Below, piece by piece: positions 18,043 to 28,100 of a stretch of 63,636 nt of DNA. Source of the DNA: an uncultured Muribaculaceae bacterium. Lineage in GTDB: Bacteria; Bacillota_I; Bacilli_A; RF39; UBA660. The stretch spans positions 29,875-93,510 of the forward strand of contig CAZSRL010000001.1 of assembly GCA_964609615.1 (NCBI GenBank), written 5' to 3'. The position numbers were made by a program, and so were the translations under genes. The notes below the pieces were generated by a model. It was not told the DNA's origin. It saw nothing but the letters and a program-made list of their open reading frames with translations, and did no database searches. Each line of letters begins with the position of its first letter. Within the stretch, counting starts at the first letter, position 1.

Positions 18043-19098
18043 CTATTTTACTTTTATTTTTTTTACTTTACTGTATTTTCCATATATTGTTTTACCATCA
18101 ACTATTCTATACGCTCTAACTTTAACCTGATGTTTTTTCTTAGAGGCAAGTTTTTTTAATGTTATTTTTGTATTAGTGGTATATTTATTTTTATATTTAT
18201 TGGGACCCATTTTACGATAAGTAATTTGATAACCTTTTGCTTTTGATACTGGTTTCCATTGCAAATACAAACTTTTCTTTTTTGTTTTAACCTTAGACCA
18301 TATCGGTGCTGATGGAGGCGTTTTATCAACAGCAGGAATTTGGGTATTAACGGGGATTTCTGTAACAGATTCTGTAATTTTACTTTGACCTGAAGTGTAA
18401 TCTATAGAAACACCTGGTTGAACGTTGTAACAAAAGACAAAGAATTTAATTCCGGTCCCTTCCACTGATTCTCCTTCCATTAAAACACCTTTTGCAAGTA
18501 AATCATTCCCTGTGAATACTGGAGTTACTCTATATAACACATTTTTCCCATGATTATTTTTTATATAATTAGCCACCTGATTTTCATATTGAACCATTCC
18601 ATTTGAAGAAATTCCAACATTCATATATCTTGTCCCTGTAATAAGATCCTTTGCACACAGAGGTTTTTTTAAATTTACGTTATCAACTCCGGTAAGTTGA
18701 AATCCAATTAAATGACTACGATTATATAAATATGTTCCGGGTACTATATTATAACTTGCTTGCACCCAACCAGTAGGATAAATTGATGAAATACTTCCTC
18801 TTGTCCACGTTGGCATTAGTGTTTCATCTAAACTTGCATATGCAACTCCACTTCTTCCAAGTGAATCTAAATTACTATATTTTTCAAAGGGCGACACTGC
18901 AGCTGCCTTTTCTTCATTCGTAAATGTTGGATTATTATTATTAATAATTCTACAAGTATTACCATTATACGCAGGTAAAGTTAATCCTTTATAATAAAAT
19001 TGATTTATAGTATCTAAATATTCCGCTTTTGAAATTATCGGAAATAATAAGAAACCAATCAAAAAAGCCAATCCATATTTAATAACATTATTATTCAT
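18043..19098 (-). CDS. Secreted DNA/RNA non-specific endonuclease (EndA/YncB-like) with a C-terminal Fn3-like domain
   Basis: Signal-peptide-like N-terminus (LAFLIGFLLFPIISKA). NRSHLIGFQLTG matches the beta-beta-alpha-Me nuclease motif. The last ~90 aa (LYLQWKPVSKAKGYQITY...VKVRAY) look like a fibronectin type III module. Confidence 0.7.
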   Translation of the reverse strand: MNNNVIKYGLAFLIGFLLFPIISKAEYLDTINQFYYKGLTLPAYNGNTCRIINNNNPTFTNEEKAAAVSPFEKYSNLDSLGRSGVAYASLDETLMPTWTRGSISSIYPTGWVQASYNIVPGTYLYNRSHLIGFQLTGVDNVNLKKPLCAKDLITGTRYMNVGISSNGMVQYENQVANYIKNNHGKNVLYRVTPVFTGNDLLAKGVLMEGESVEGTGIKFFVFCYNVQPGVSIDYTSGQSKITESVTEIPVNTQIPAVDKTPPSAPIWSKVKTKKKSLYLQWKPVSKAKGYQITYRKMGPNKYKNKYTTNTKITLKKLASKKKHQVKVRAYRIVDGKTIYGKYSKVKKIKVK

Positions 19099-19261
19099 AT
19101 ATTTCTCCTTTTATATTACTAATTTATCATTTTACTTGATTTAAGTCAATAATATATACTTTTTAGTTTAATAATTTATTAAACAATAGGATTTTAATAA
19201 AATAAAGTGCATAATATTTACAAAGTTGTAATAATAAATAATCAATTAAGCAACAATTTAT

Positions 19262-19290
19262 TTGACTAAAACCCATATTTGTGGTAAATT
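19262..19290 (+). promoter_or_regulatory. Sigma-A-type promoter for rpmB
   Basis: TTGACT (19262-19267), 17-nt spacer, TGgTAAATT extended -10 (hexamer 19285-19290). Confidence 0.5.
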
Positions 19291-19323
19291 AGTATAGCAA
19301 TGAAAAAACAAGGAGGTATAAAA

Positions 19324-19491
19324 ATGGCTAAAAATATATCAACTAAAAAGAATATGAGTGGTAATAATAGACCTCACTCTTTAAAAGCTACTAAGATGAA
19401 ACAAAAAGTTAATTTACAAACTATTAAAGTGGATGGAAAAAAAGTTAGATTATCTGCTTCTGAAATTAGAAATATGAAAAAAGCTTCTTAA
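19324..19491 (+). CDS. rpmB: 50S ribosomal protein L28
   Basis: MAKNISTKKNMSGNNRPHSLKATKMKQKVNLQ carries the L28 signature (SGNNRSH-like). AAGGAGG lies 7 nt upstream of ATG 19324. The track start 19300 has no SD. Confidence 0.9.
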   Translation: MAKNISTKKNMSGNNRPHSLKATKMKQKVNLQTIKVDGKKVRLSASEIRNMKKAS

Positions 19492-19506
19492 TTGAAGCTT
19501 TTTTTA
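19477..19506. terminator. Bidirectional terminator between rpmB and the convergent SpoVIF-like gene
   Basis: aaaaaagcttc ttaatt gaagcttttttt is a stem flanked by an A-run and a T-run. It overlaps both stop codons. Confidence 0.5.
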
Positions 19507-19749
19507 TAAGTATTTATCTAGGTTATTTGGCACTTTATCATTAATAACAGAAGATATAATTTTTTCTTCTTGTTCTTTTGAAACTTTTTTTCCAGTCATT
19601 TCACTTAATTCTTGTATTACTTCTCTTAGTGTTTCTTTATTTTTCATGTTTCCGTTTTGTAGTTTTCTTGCTAATGAAACTATTGTTTCTTTATTAACGT
19701 TTGTTTTTTTTTCTATTTTATTAAAAAGATTATCATTAAATTTAGGCAA
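19504..19749 (-). CDS. Small SpoVIF (stage VI sporulation protein F)-like protein
   Basis: ...FNDNLFNKIEKKTNVNKETIVSLARKLQNGNMKNKETLREVIQELSEMTGKKVSKEQEEKIISSV resembles my recollection of the YjcC/SpoVIF pattern. The track GTG at 19758 abuts the SD, while TTG 19749 has 9-nt spacing. Confidence 0.4.
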   Translation of the reverse strand: MPKFNDNLFNKIEKKTNVNKETIVSLARKLQNGNMKNKETLREVIQELSEMTGKKVSKEQEEKIISSVINDKVPNNLDKYL

Positions 19750-19793
19750 AATAATCACTCCTCATATTATTATATGAGGAGTGTTTTATGTTG

Positions 19794-21107
19794 TTACTTT
19801 TCGCCTTTACTTTTAAAGTTTAATATAATTGGTGTTCCAGAAAAGTCTATATTTTCTCTTATTTTATTTTCTATATATCTTCTATAAGAAAAATGTATTA
19901 ATCCTTTTGAATTTACTTCTATATCAAATCTTGGTGGTTTTATTCCACTTGGGTGTGCAAAGTATATTTTTAGTTGTTTTCTTTTATATGTTGGTGGTGG
20001 TGTTTGCAAATATGCATTAATTATTATGTCATTTAATATGCTTGTTTTTATTTCTTTTGTTGTATTTTCGTAACTTTTTAGTATATTTGGCATTAATGTA
20101 TGTATTCTTTTTTTTGTTTTAGCACTTAAAAACACTATTGTTGCCCATGGCATAAATTGAAAGTTGTTTTTTAACTCTTTTGTCCATTTTTTCATACTTT
20201 GTTCTTTGTCTTCTATCATATCCCATTTATTAACCACAATTACAATGGCTTTCCCTCCTTCTAAAGCATATCCTGCGATATGTTTGTCATGTTCTACAAT
20301 TCCTTCTGTAACATCTATTAAAAGTAAGCATACATCGCTTCTATCAATTGCCTTTAATGTTCTAATCAAACTATATCTTTCAATAGATTCAAATACTCTT
20401 CCTTTTTTTCTCATGCCCGCTGTATCTATTAAAATATATTCATTTCCGTCATAAGTAAACTTTGTATCTATACTATCTCTAGTAGTGCCTGCGATATCAC
20501 TTACAATTACTCTTTCTTCATCTAAAAGAGCATTTACTAAACTACTTTTACCTACATTTGGTCTTCCTATAACACTAAATTTTAATATATCTTGTTCTTC
20601 TTCTTCTTCAAAATCATTAAAGTTTTCTATTATTTTATCTAATAAAACATTAAGGTTTGTTCTATGTTCAGCACTTATTTCTATAAAATCTTCAAATCCT
20701 AAACTATAAAAATCATATTTATTATTTTTATAATTATTATTATCTATTTTATTAACAACTAATATTACTTCTTTTTTAGTCTTTCTAAGTATATCTCTAA
20801 CCGCTATATCATTACTTGTTAAACCATCTTTACCATCACAAACAAACACTATAATATCACTTTCATTAATTGCAATTTCTGCTTGTGTTTTCACTTCAAG
20901 ATTAAAGTCTTCATTTTCTATATCTATTCCACCAGTATCAATTAAGTGAAAACTTTTATCTTTATATGTAACGTTTCCATATATCCTATCTCTTGTTACT
21001 CCAGGCAAATCGTCTATAATAGAAACTTTCTTTCCGATTAATTTATTAAATAATGTACTTTTACCTGTGTTAGGTCTTCCTACTAAACATACAGTTGGTT
21101 TTTTCAT
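19794..21107 (-). CDS. der: Ribosome-associated GTPase Der/EngA
   Basis: Two tandem G domains (GRPNTGKST...DTGG...NKID and GRPNVGKSS...DTAG...NKWD) plus a KH-like C-terminus. Confidence 0.95.
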   Translation of the reverse strand: MKKPTVCLVGRPNTGKSTLFNKLIGKKVSIIDDLPGVTRDRIYGNVTYKDKSFHLIDTGGIDIENEDFNLEVKTQAEIAINESDIIVFVCDGKDGLTSNDIAVRDILRKTKKEVILVVNKIDNNNYKNNKYDFYSLGFEDFIEISAEHRTNLNVLLDKIIENFNDFEEEEEQDILKFSVIGRPNVGKSSLVNALLDEERVIVSDIAGTTRDSIDTKFTYDGNEYILIDTAGMRKKGRVFESIERYSLIRTLKAIDRSDVCLLLIDVTEGIVEHDKHIAGYALEGGKAIVIVVNKWDMIEDKEQSMKKWTKELKNNFQFMPWATIVFLSAKTKKRIHTLMPNILKSYENTTKEIKTSILNDIIINAYLQTPPPTYKRKQLKIYFAHPSGIKPPRFDIEVNSKGLIHFSYRRYIENKIRENIDFSGTPIILNFKSKGEK

Positions 21108-21160
21108 TTACTCCACCTCTTTCTTTTATAGATAAAAAAGTTATATCAAAATATAACTTT

Positions 21161-21526
21161 TTAATTACATGGTCCATATTCTGCTTTTATAATATTATTA
21201 TTTCTTATACAAATATAATCATTATTCATACTACTATTATCTTTAGGATTTACAATTTTTTTTGTCTCTCCTTCTACTTTATCTCCATCTAAATAATCAT
21301 TTTCAAGTAAAACACTTACTTGTATTGCTTTTGGAAAAACTAGTGTATCTTTGTTATCACTAGCATAAAGTTCAGCAGCAGTTATAATTGCTTCTTTTTT
21401 TGTATCATATAAATTCTTTTTTTGTTTATTGTTTACTGCTATATAACTAGTAGTTGCAATACCTAAAATAATTCCTAATACCATAATTGAACCTAATAAT
21501 TCAATTAATGTAAATCCATTTTTCAT
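21161..21526 (-). CDS. Prepilin-type N-terminal cleavage/methylation domain protein (type IV pilin / ComG-like pseudopilin), orphan
   Basis: MKNG|FTLIELLGSIMVLGIILGIATTSYIAV is a class III signal peptide with Glu at +5. ATG 21526 has GGAG 6 nt upstream. The alternative ATG 21538 overlaps the engB TAA (TAATG). Confidence 0.7.
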   Translation of the reverse strand: MKNGFTLIELLGSIMVLGIILGIATTSYIAVNNKQKKNLYDTKKEAIITAAELYASDNKDTLVFPKAIQVSVLLENDYLDGDKVEGETKKIVNPKDNSSMNNDYICIRNNNIIKAEYGPCN

Positions 21527-21537
21527 ACTTTTCTCCA

Positions 21538-22128
21538 TTATTTTTCTTCAATATATTTATTTATTATTTCATATATTTTATCTTTTCCTACTTTTGTAAC
21601 AGTTGAATAGTTTACTAATTCATCCCCTAGAGCGATATCTAAAGTATCGTTTATTAATTTATCTTGTTTTACTTTTAAACTTCTTTTTACTTTATCATAT
21701 TTAGTAGCAACTATAGTTACTGGTAAATTATAATACTTTAAAAAATCATACATTAATAAATCACTTTCACTTGGTTTATGTCTGTAATCTATTAATAAAA
21801 ATACGTGTTTTAAGTTTGGTCTTGTTTTTAAATATTCTTCTATCATCATACCAAATTTTTCTTGTTTTTTATTACTTACAGCAGCATAACCATATCCAGG
21901 AACATCTACTAAATAAAAATCTTTATTTACTAAATAAAAATTTAGTGTTTGTGTTTTACCTGGTTTCGAACTTGTTCTAGCAAAGTTTTTTCTATTAATT
22001 AGCGAATTAATAAAACTGCTTTTACCTACATTACTTCTTCCAACTAATAAAAATTCTATTTTATTATCAGTTGGATACTGACTAATTCTGACAGCAGAAA
22101 TAACCATTTCAACATCGTCTATATTCAT
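21538..22128 (-). CDS. engB: Ribosome biogenesis GTP-binding protein EngB/YsxC
   Basis: GRSNVGKSSFIN, DVPGYGYA, TKYDK. The track start 22137 is a GTG inside the SD AGGTGA, so I use ATG 22128. Confidence 0.9.
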   Translation of the reverse strand: MNIDDVEMVISAVRISQYPTDNKIEFLLVGRSNVGKSSFINSLINRKNFARTSSKPGKTQTLNFYLVNKDFYLVDVPGYGYAAVSNKKQEKFGMMIEEYLKTRPNLKHVFLLIDYRHKPSESDLLMYDFLKYYNLPVTIVATKYDKVKRSLKVKQDKLINDTLDIALGDELVNYSTVTKVGKDKIYEIINKYIEEK

Positions 22129-22173
22129 ACATATCACCTACTTTATTATACAACAATTTATTTATTTAGTAAA

Positions 22174-22890
22174 TTATGCGTTTTCTACATTATGATAAAC
22201 TGTTTGTACATCCTCTACTTCATTTAACATATTAATTAGTTTATTAAAGTTTTCTAAATTTTCTCCTTGTAATGTTATTTTTTCTTTTGCAATTTTTATA
22301 ATTTCATCTTCTTCATATTCAATATTAGGGTATTTATTTTCTAACGCTTTTTTTATTTTAAATAAGTCATTAGGTTTACCATAAATATAAGTTATTCCTT
22401 CTTCTGTTTCTATATCATCTATATCTATTTCATTTTCTATCATTAAGTTTAATATTTCTTCTTCATCTTTTTGTTTAATTCCAACAATACATAAATGATC
22501 ATAATTAAAACTAACTGAATTAATACCACCTATTTTTGAATTTGTTTTATTAAATGCTGGTCTAATATCAGAGTTGCTTCTATTAAGATTATCTGTTAAG
22601 CATTTAACAATTACTGTACTTCCTCCAGGACCAAATCCTTCATATTCTATTTCTTTGTAATCTTCTGATGCTGATGATGAAACTTTTTTAATTGCCCTAT
22701 TTATTATTTCTCCAGGTACTTGTTCTTTTTTTGCTTTTTCTACAAGTCTTTTTAAATCATCATTTGTATCAATATCTGTTCCTTTTTTAGCAGCTATGTA
22801 TATTTCTTTAGCATAGTTACTATATACTTTTGCTTTTACTAAACCATTTTTTTGAATACTTGCTTTTCTTACTTCATATGCTCTTCCCAT
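22174..22890 (-). CDS. yebC: YebC/PmpR family DNA-binding transcriptional regulator
   Basis: MGRAYEVRKASIQKNG... with family-typical length (238 aa). AGGAGG SD present. Confidence 0.88.
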   Translation of the reverse strand: MGRAYEVRKASIQKNGLVKAKVYSNYAKEIYIAAKKGTDIDTNDDLKRLVEKAKKEQVPGEIINRAIKKVSSSASEDYKEIEYEGFGPGGSTVIVKCLTDNLNRSNSDIRPAFNKTNSKIGGINSVSFNYDHLCIVGIKQKDEEEILNLMIENEIDIDDIETEEGITYIYGKPNDLFKIKKALENKYPNIEYEEDEIIKIAKEKITLQGENLENFNKLINMLNEVEDVQTVYHNVENA

Positions 22891-22900
22891 AATTTTCCTC

Positions 22901-24898
22901 CTAATCTAAATTAACAATCTCTTTTATTATATTACTATATTCTTTATAATTTTTAAAGTCATCTCCTATATTATCTTTTAAAAATTTATTACTATCTTCT
23001 TTTGTTTGTAAAAGAATTTTAAAATCTCTTTGTAAATTAGCTATTTTAAATAACATATCTCCACTTTGTTTTACACCAAATAAATCTCCTTCTCCACGAA
23101 GTTCAAAATCTTTTTCAGTTATATAAAAACCATCATTACTTGTTTTTAATACTTTTAATCTTTTATTATTTTCATTACCTACTAATATACAAGTACTATC
23201 ATATTCATTTCTACCTATTCTACCTCTTAATTGATGTAATGTTGAAAGACCAAATCTCTGTGCATCAAATACTACTATCATAGTAGCGTTTTTAACATCT
23301 ACTCCTACTTCAATTACTGTTGTTGATATAAGAATTTTTGTTTTATTTTCTACAAAGTTGTTCATTACTTTTTCTTTATCATCTTTATTTAGTTTCCCAT
23401 GCATTATTTCTGTTTTTACTTTTTTATTAAAAGCGTTATCTAGTTGCTCTTTTAATTTATTTACATTTGTTAAATCTAATGTTTCATTTTCTTCTATCAG
23501 AGGACTTACAACAAATATTTGTCTTCCTTTTTTTATTTCTTCTATCATTAAAGATAAAATATCTTTTATTTCTGTTTCATCTTTTACTATTGTTTTTATT
23601 TCTTTTCTTCCCTCAGGTTTAGTTTTTATATTACTAATATCCATATCTCCATATATTGTTAAAGCAAATGTTCTAGGTATAGGTGTTGCAGATAAATATA
23701 TAATATCAGTTTTAAAGCCTTTATTTCTTAAATCACTTCTTTGATTAACTCCAAAACGATGTTGTTCATCAGTAATAACTAAACCTAAGTTTTTATATTC
23801 TACTTTTTCACTTATTAAAGCATGGGTTCCAATAATAAAATCAATTTTACCTGATTTTAATTCTTCTTGTATTTGTTTCTTTTCACTTGTTTTCATACTT
23901 CCTGTTAGGCACTTAATATTAATGCTAGTGTCTAAAAACAAGTTTTTAATAGTTTCATAGTGTTGTATTGCTAAAATCTCTGTAGGAGCCATTAAAGCAG
24001 TTTGATAACCAGATAAAATATTCATATAACCAGCTATAACTGCAACAATAGTTTTACCACTACCTACATCACCTTGAACAAGTCTATTAATTATATTTTC
24101 TCCAGAAAACTCTTCTTCTATTTTTTTAATTACTTTTTTTTGATCAACAGTTAGTTCATATGGAAGTGTTTCAATAAATTTAATTATTTTTTCTTTATCA
24201 AATGTTTTTATTTTTCTTTTTCTTTCATTATTTGTATATTTAAAATAATTTATTTTAAACATAAATGAAAATAACTCTTCATATATTAATCTTAGTTTAG
24301 CATCTTTAATATCTTTTTTATTATTTGGTTTATGTATTTTTACTAGAGAATCAGCTTTATCAATAAATAAATATTTTTCTTCTAAATATGAAGGTATTAA
24401 AGATGGTATTTCTTCTTTATATTCTAATGATTCATTTATTAGTTTTTTTAATATACCACTATTAAGTCCATTAGTTAAATGATATATAGGATCATATTCT
24501 TCTTTTTCAAATTTTATAAATTTAATATCACTTGCTACAAATGTATTTTTAAGTTTGTTGTATTTTCCACATACTGTTAAAAAAGAACCAGGACTAATTT
24601 TATCTTTTAAAAATCCTCTATTAAAAATAACAACACCTATTACTTTATTATTTATATTCATTCTAAAATTTAATGAAGTCATTTTTCTATTAAATCTTCT
24701 TAATATTGGATTGTTTTCTACAATACCCTCTAAGAATACAGTTTCATTTTCATCTATTTCATGTATATTTTTAACACTTAAAAAATTATATTTATAAGGA
24801 TAATATTGGATTAAGTCTTCAACATTATTTATATTTAAATTATTAAGACATTTTAAATATCTTGGTCCTATACCTTTTATTAAACTTAACTTAAGCAT
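22901..24898 (-). CDS. recG: ATP-dependent DNA helicase RecG
   Basis: Wedge/OB N-terminus and helicase motifs GDVGSGKT, DEQHRFG, SATPIPRT, QLRGRIGR. Confidence 0.95.
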   Translation of the reverse strand: MLKLSLIKGIGPRYLKCLNNLNINNVEDLIQYYPYKYNFLSVKNIHEIDENETVFLEGIVENNPILRRFNRKMTSLNFRMNINNKVIGVVIFNRGFLKDKISPGSFLTVCGKYNKLKNTFVASDIKFIKFEKEEYDPIYHLTNGLNSGILKKLINESLEYKEEIPSLIPSYLEEKYLFIDKADSLVKIHKPNNKKDIKDAKLRLIYEELFSFMFKINYFKYTNNERKRKIKTFDKEKIIKFIETLPYELTVDQKKVIKKIEEEFSGENIINRLVQGDVGSGKTIVAVIAGYMNILSGYQTALMAPTEILAIQHYETIKNLFLDTSINIKCLTGSMKTSEKKQIQEELKSGKIDFIIGTHALISEKVEYKNLGLVITDEQHRFGVNQRSDLRNKGFKTDIIYLSATPIPRTFALTIYGDMDISNIKTKPEGRKEIKTIVKDETEIKDILSLMIEEIKKGRQIFVVSPLIEENETLDLTNVNKLKEQLDNAFNKKVKTEIMHGKLNKDDKEKVMNNFVENKTKILISTTVIEVGVDVKNATMIVVFDAQRFGLSTLHQLRGRIGRNEYDSTCILVGNENNKRLKVLKTSNDGFYITEKDFELRGEGDLFGVKQSGDMLFKIANLQRDFKILLQTKEDSNKFLKDNIGDDFKNYKEYSNIIKEIVNLD

Positions 24899-24988
24899 AA
24901 AATTCTCCTCTTTTTCTCTTGGTATATTTTAACACAAAAGTACTAAAAAATCACTATTTATTTTATTAAAAAAAACTTTAAAAAGTTG

Positions 24989-25017
24989 TTGACAAATACC
25001 TTTAATTAGTATAGTAT
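24989..25017 (+). promoter_or_regulatory. Candidate sigma-A promoter driving the orphan sRNA
   Basis: Perfect TTGACA (24989-24994), 17-nt spacer, TAGTAT (25012-25017). Other -10 registers (TATAGT, TATATA) overlap it. Confidence 0.45.
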
Positions 25018-25021
25018 ATAG

Positions 25022-25127
25022 ACTTACCAATTCACATTTAGGCGAATTGGTGCTAGTATCACACTAGCCAACCCCTTTTTATTCTTTTTTCCGGACTGTC
25101 ATCAGGGGGTGACAGTCCATTTTTTAT
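25022..25127 (+). ncRNA. Candidate ~105-nt structured small RNA (family not recognised)
   Basis: Plus-strand promoter, then three hairpins: CCAATTC-N10-GAATTGG (25027-25050), GCTAGT-N6-ACTAGC, and a strong terminator GGACTGTCA-tcaggggg-TGACAGTCC (25093-25118) followed by TTTTTT. No plus-strand ORF or downstream plus-strand gene. Convergent with the PFOR 3' end. Confidence 0.45.
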
Positions 25128-25135
25128 GAAATAAT

Positions 25136-25168
25136 AACAAAAAAGGAAATAGATTTTATTCTATTTCC
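25136..25168 (-). terminator. Rho-independent terminator of the PFOR gene (stop codon lies in the loop)
   Basis: GGAAATAG (25145-25152) and CTATTTCC (25161-25168). On the minus strand it is followed by TTTTTTGTT. Confidence 0.55.
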
Positions 25169-28100
25169 TTTTTTTGTGTTTTATAATATTCAAATCTTTT
25201 TTTAGCAAAGTCTATATTTTTATTATATAATTCATTATATTCTTTTGCATTTAATTCTTCTAAATTTTTATATCTTAATTCTTTTTTAAATACTTCTTCA
25301 TACTTTGAAAAATCTGGTTCTTTTGAATCAATATATAACCCATCGTTTGGTTTATATCTCATTAATATATTATAACCTGTTTCTACAAGTAGTTTTTCTT
25401 CTTCTGTTGAAGAAGATAATCCTCCTTTTATTCCATGTGCTATACAGGGACTATATGCGATTATAACGCTTGGTCCAACATGTTCATTTGCTTCTTTGAA
25501 TGCTTTTAATGTTTGAGTTGGACTTGCTTTTAAACTAACTGATGCTACATATACATTTGGTATTGCCATAAGCATTCTAAATAAATCTTTTTTGTTTGTT
25601 TTCTTTCCATTTGATGTGAACTCTGCGATTGCTGATGCTTTTGTTGATTTACTTGCTTGACCACCAGTATTAGAATAAACTTCACTATCTAATACTAACA
25701 CTTTTACATTGCTATTTGTATGAAGCACATGATCAAGTCCACCATATCCAATATCATATGCCCATCCATCTCCACCTACTATCCATATTTTTTTAGATGG
25801 TATGTATTCATATAATTCGTTTAGTTCTTTTGGTATACTTTTTTCTTTTAGTTCTTCATAAACTTCTCTTGTTATATCATAGTCGTCCATGTTAGTAATC
25901 CATTTTTTATAAATATCTTTTACTGATTTATGTACTTCATCTTTTGTTTTATACATTATTTGTTTTATTTTTTCTTTGTTTTTTTCATATGAAGAATAAA
26001 GTCCTAATCCAACTTCTGCGTTATCCTCAAAAAGTGAATTTATCCAAGGAATTTTATATGGTGTACTTGGAAGACTTGCTCCGTATATTGAACTACAACC
26101 AGTTGCATTTGATATTATTAATTCATCTTTATATAGTTGAGTTAGAATTTTTAAATAAGATGTTTCTCCACATCCAGCACATGCGCCTGGAAATTCAAAA
26201 TATGGTTTTTTAAAACCTAATCCTTTAATAGTATATTTATTAAAGTCTGTTTCATTTATATGTTTTTCATTTAATAAATCACTTATTTTATCTAGTTGTT
26301 TATCATATGTTCCCATAGATAATGCTTTTTTTTCATTTTTTCCAGGGCATGCAGCCATGCACAATCCACATCCAGTACAGTTTGTTTCGCTTACACTTAT
26401 ATAAAAACTTTTATCTACTTCTCCTGATGATGGAATAGTGAATTCATCACTTAATTTATAATTACTTAAATCTTTATTTTTTATTGAGTGTGCTCTTATA
26501 ACTGCATGTGGACATACTATTGAACAGTTATTACATTCTATGCAATTGTCTTTATTCCATTTAGGAACTAGTGAGGAAAGTTTTCTTTTATCACTTTTGC
26601 TTGTTCCTCCTTCAAATGTTCCATCTGCGTTTTCGATAAAATTACTTACTGGTAATAAATCCCCTCTTCTTTTTAACATAATATCTGTTATAGTTTTGTC
26701 TTTTGGTGCTATTTCCTCTTTAAAAGTAAACCTACTTTTATTAAATTCTCTTATATAATCAGTTGCTTCATCTACTAAGTTTATGTTAGCATCTATTACA
26801 TTTTGTCCTTTGTCACTATAAGTTTTTGTTAATATTTTTTTATATTCTTCTAAGTTATCTATACTACAACCTAACATTTTTAACATATAGGTAGTTATTA
26901 TTGAACTTATTTTTCCTTTTAATCCATGTTTTTTAGCAAGAGCGTCTGCTGAAGTGACAAAGAATTTAATATTTTTGTTTTGGATTTCTTCTTTTATTTT
27001 ATTAGGAATAATATTATTTAGTTCTATATCTGTTTTATCAGAATTTAGTACAAATATTCCATTTGGTTTAATGCCTTCTAATACATCATAAAAGTTTAAA
27101 TAGTCTTCTTTTGTTACTACTACTAAACTTGGTTCTGTTGTATAGTATGGTGCTTTTATTTGTTCGTTATCTATTCTTAGATGACTTATTGTTACTCCTG
27201 AAGATTTTTTTGAATCATATTCAAAATATCCTTGAATAAAGTTATCTTTTGCAATTACTTTTAATAAGTTTTTGCATCCGCTTACCATTCCATCTGATCC
27301 AAATGCGTATACTTTTATTTCTTTATATTTTTTATTTAATTTATATTTTGTTTCTTTTAAACTTAAATTAGTAACATCATCAATTATTCCAACTGTAAAT
27401 CTATTAATTGGTATTTGTTTATCTAAGTTATCAAAAACTGATTTTATTAAAGCTGGTGTTGTATTTTTACTAGAAAGTCCATACCTTCCACCAATTACTT
27501 CTATATTTTTTTCACTAAGAGCACTTTTAACATCTAAATATAATGGTTCTCCTTCACTGCCTGGTTCTTTTGTTCTATCTATTACCGCTATTTTCCTAAC
27601 AGTTTTAGGAAGTACATCAAGAAGATATTTTACACTAAATGGTCTATATAAATGAACTTCTATAAAACCTATTTCTTCATTGCTTTGTTTTACATATTCT
27701 TTTATTGTTTCACAAACACTTCCCATAGCGATTATTATTTTTTTTGCTTTTGGCGAACCATAATAATTAAATGGTTTATAGTTTGTATCCATTAATATAT
27801 TAAGTTTATCCATTTCTTTTTTTACTATATTTGGTATTTCATCATAGTATTTATTTCTTGCCTCTGTCATTTGAAAGTAAATATCTTCTGTTTGTGATGT
27901 TCCTCTTGTTGTATTTTTAGAAATGTTTAAACTTCTTTTTTTGAATTTTTTTATATCTTCTTTGTTTATTAATTTATTTATATCTTCATCTTCTAGTATT
28001 TCAATTTTATTAAGTTCATGGCTTGTTCTAAAACCATCAAAGAAGTGTAAAAAAGGTATACTTGATTTTAGAGCACTTAGATGTGTTATCAACGCTAAAT

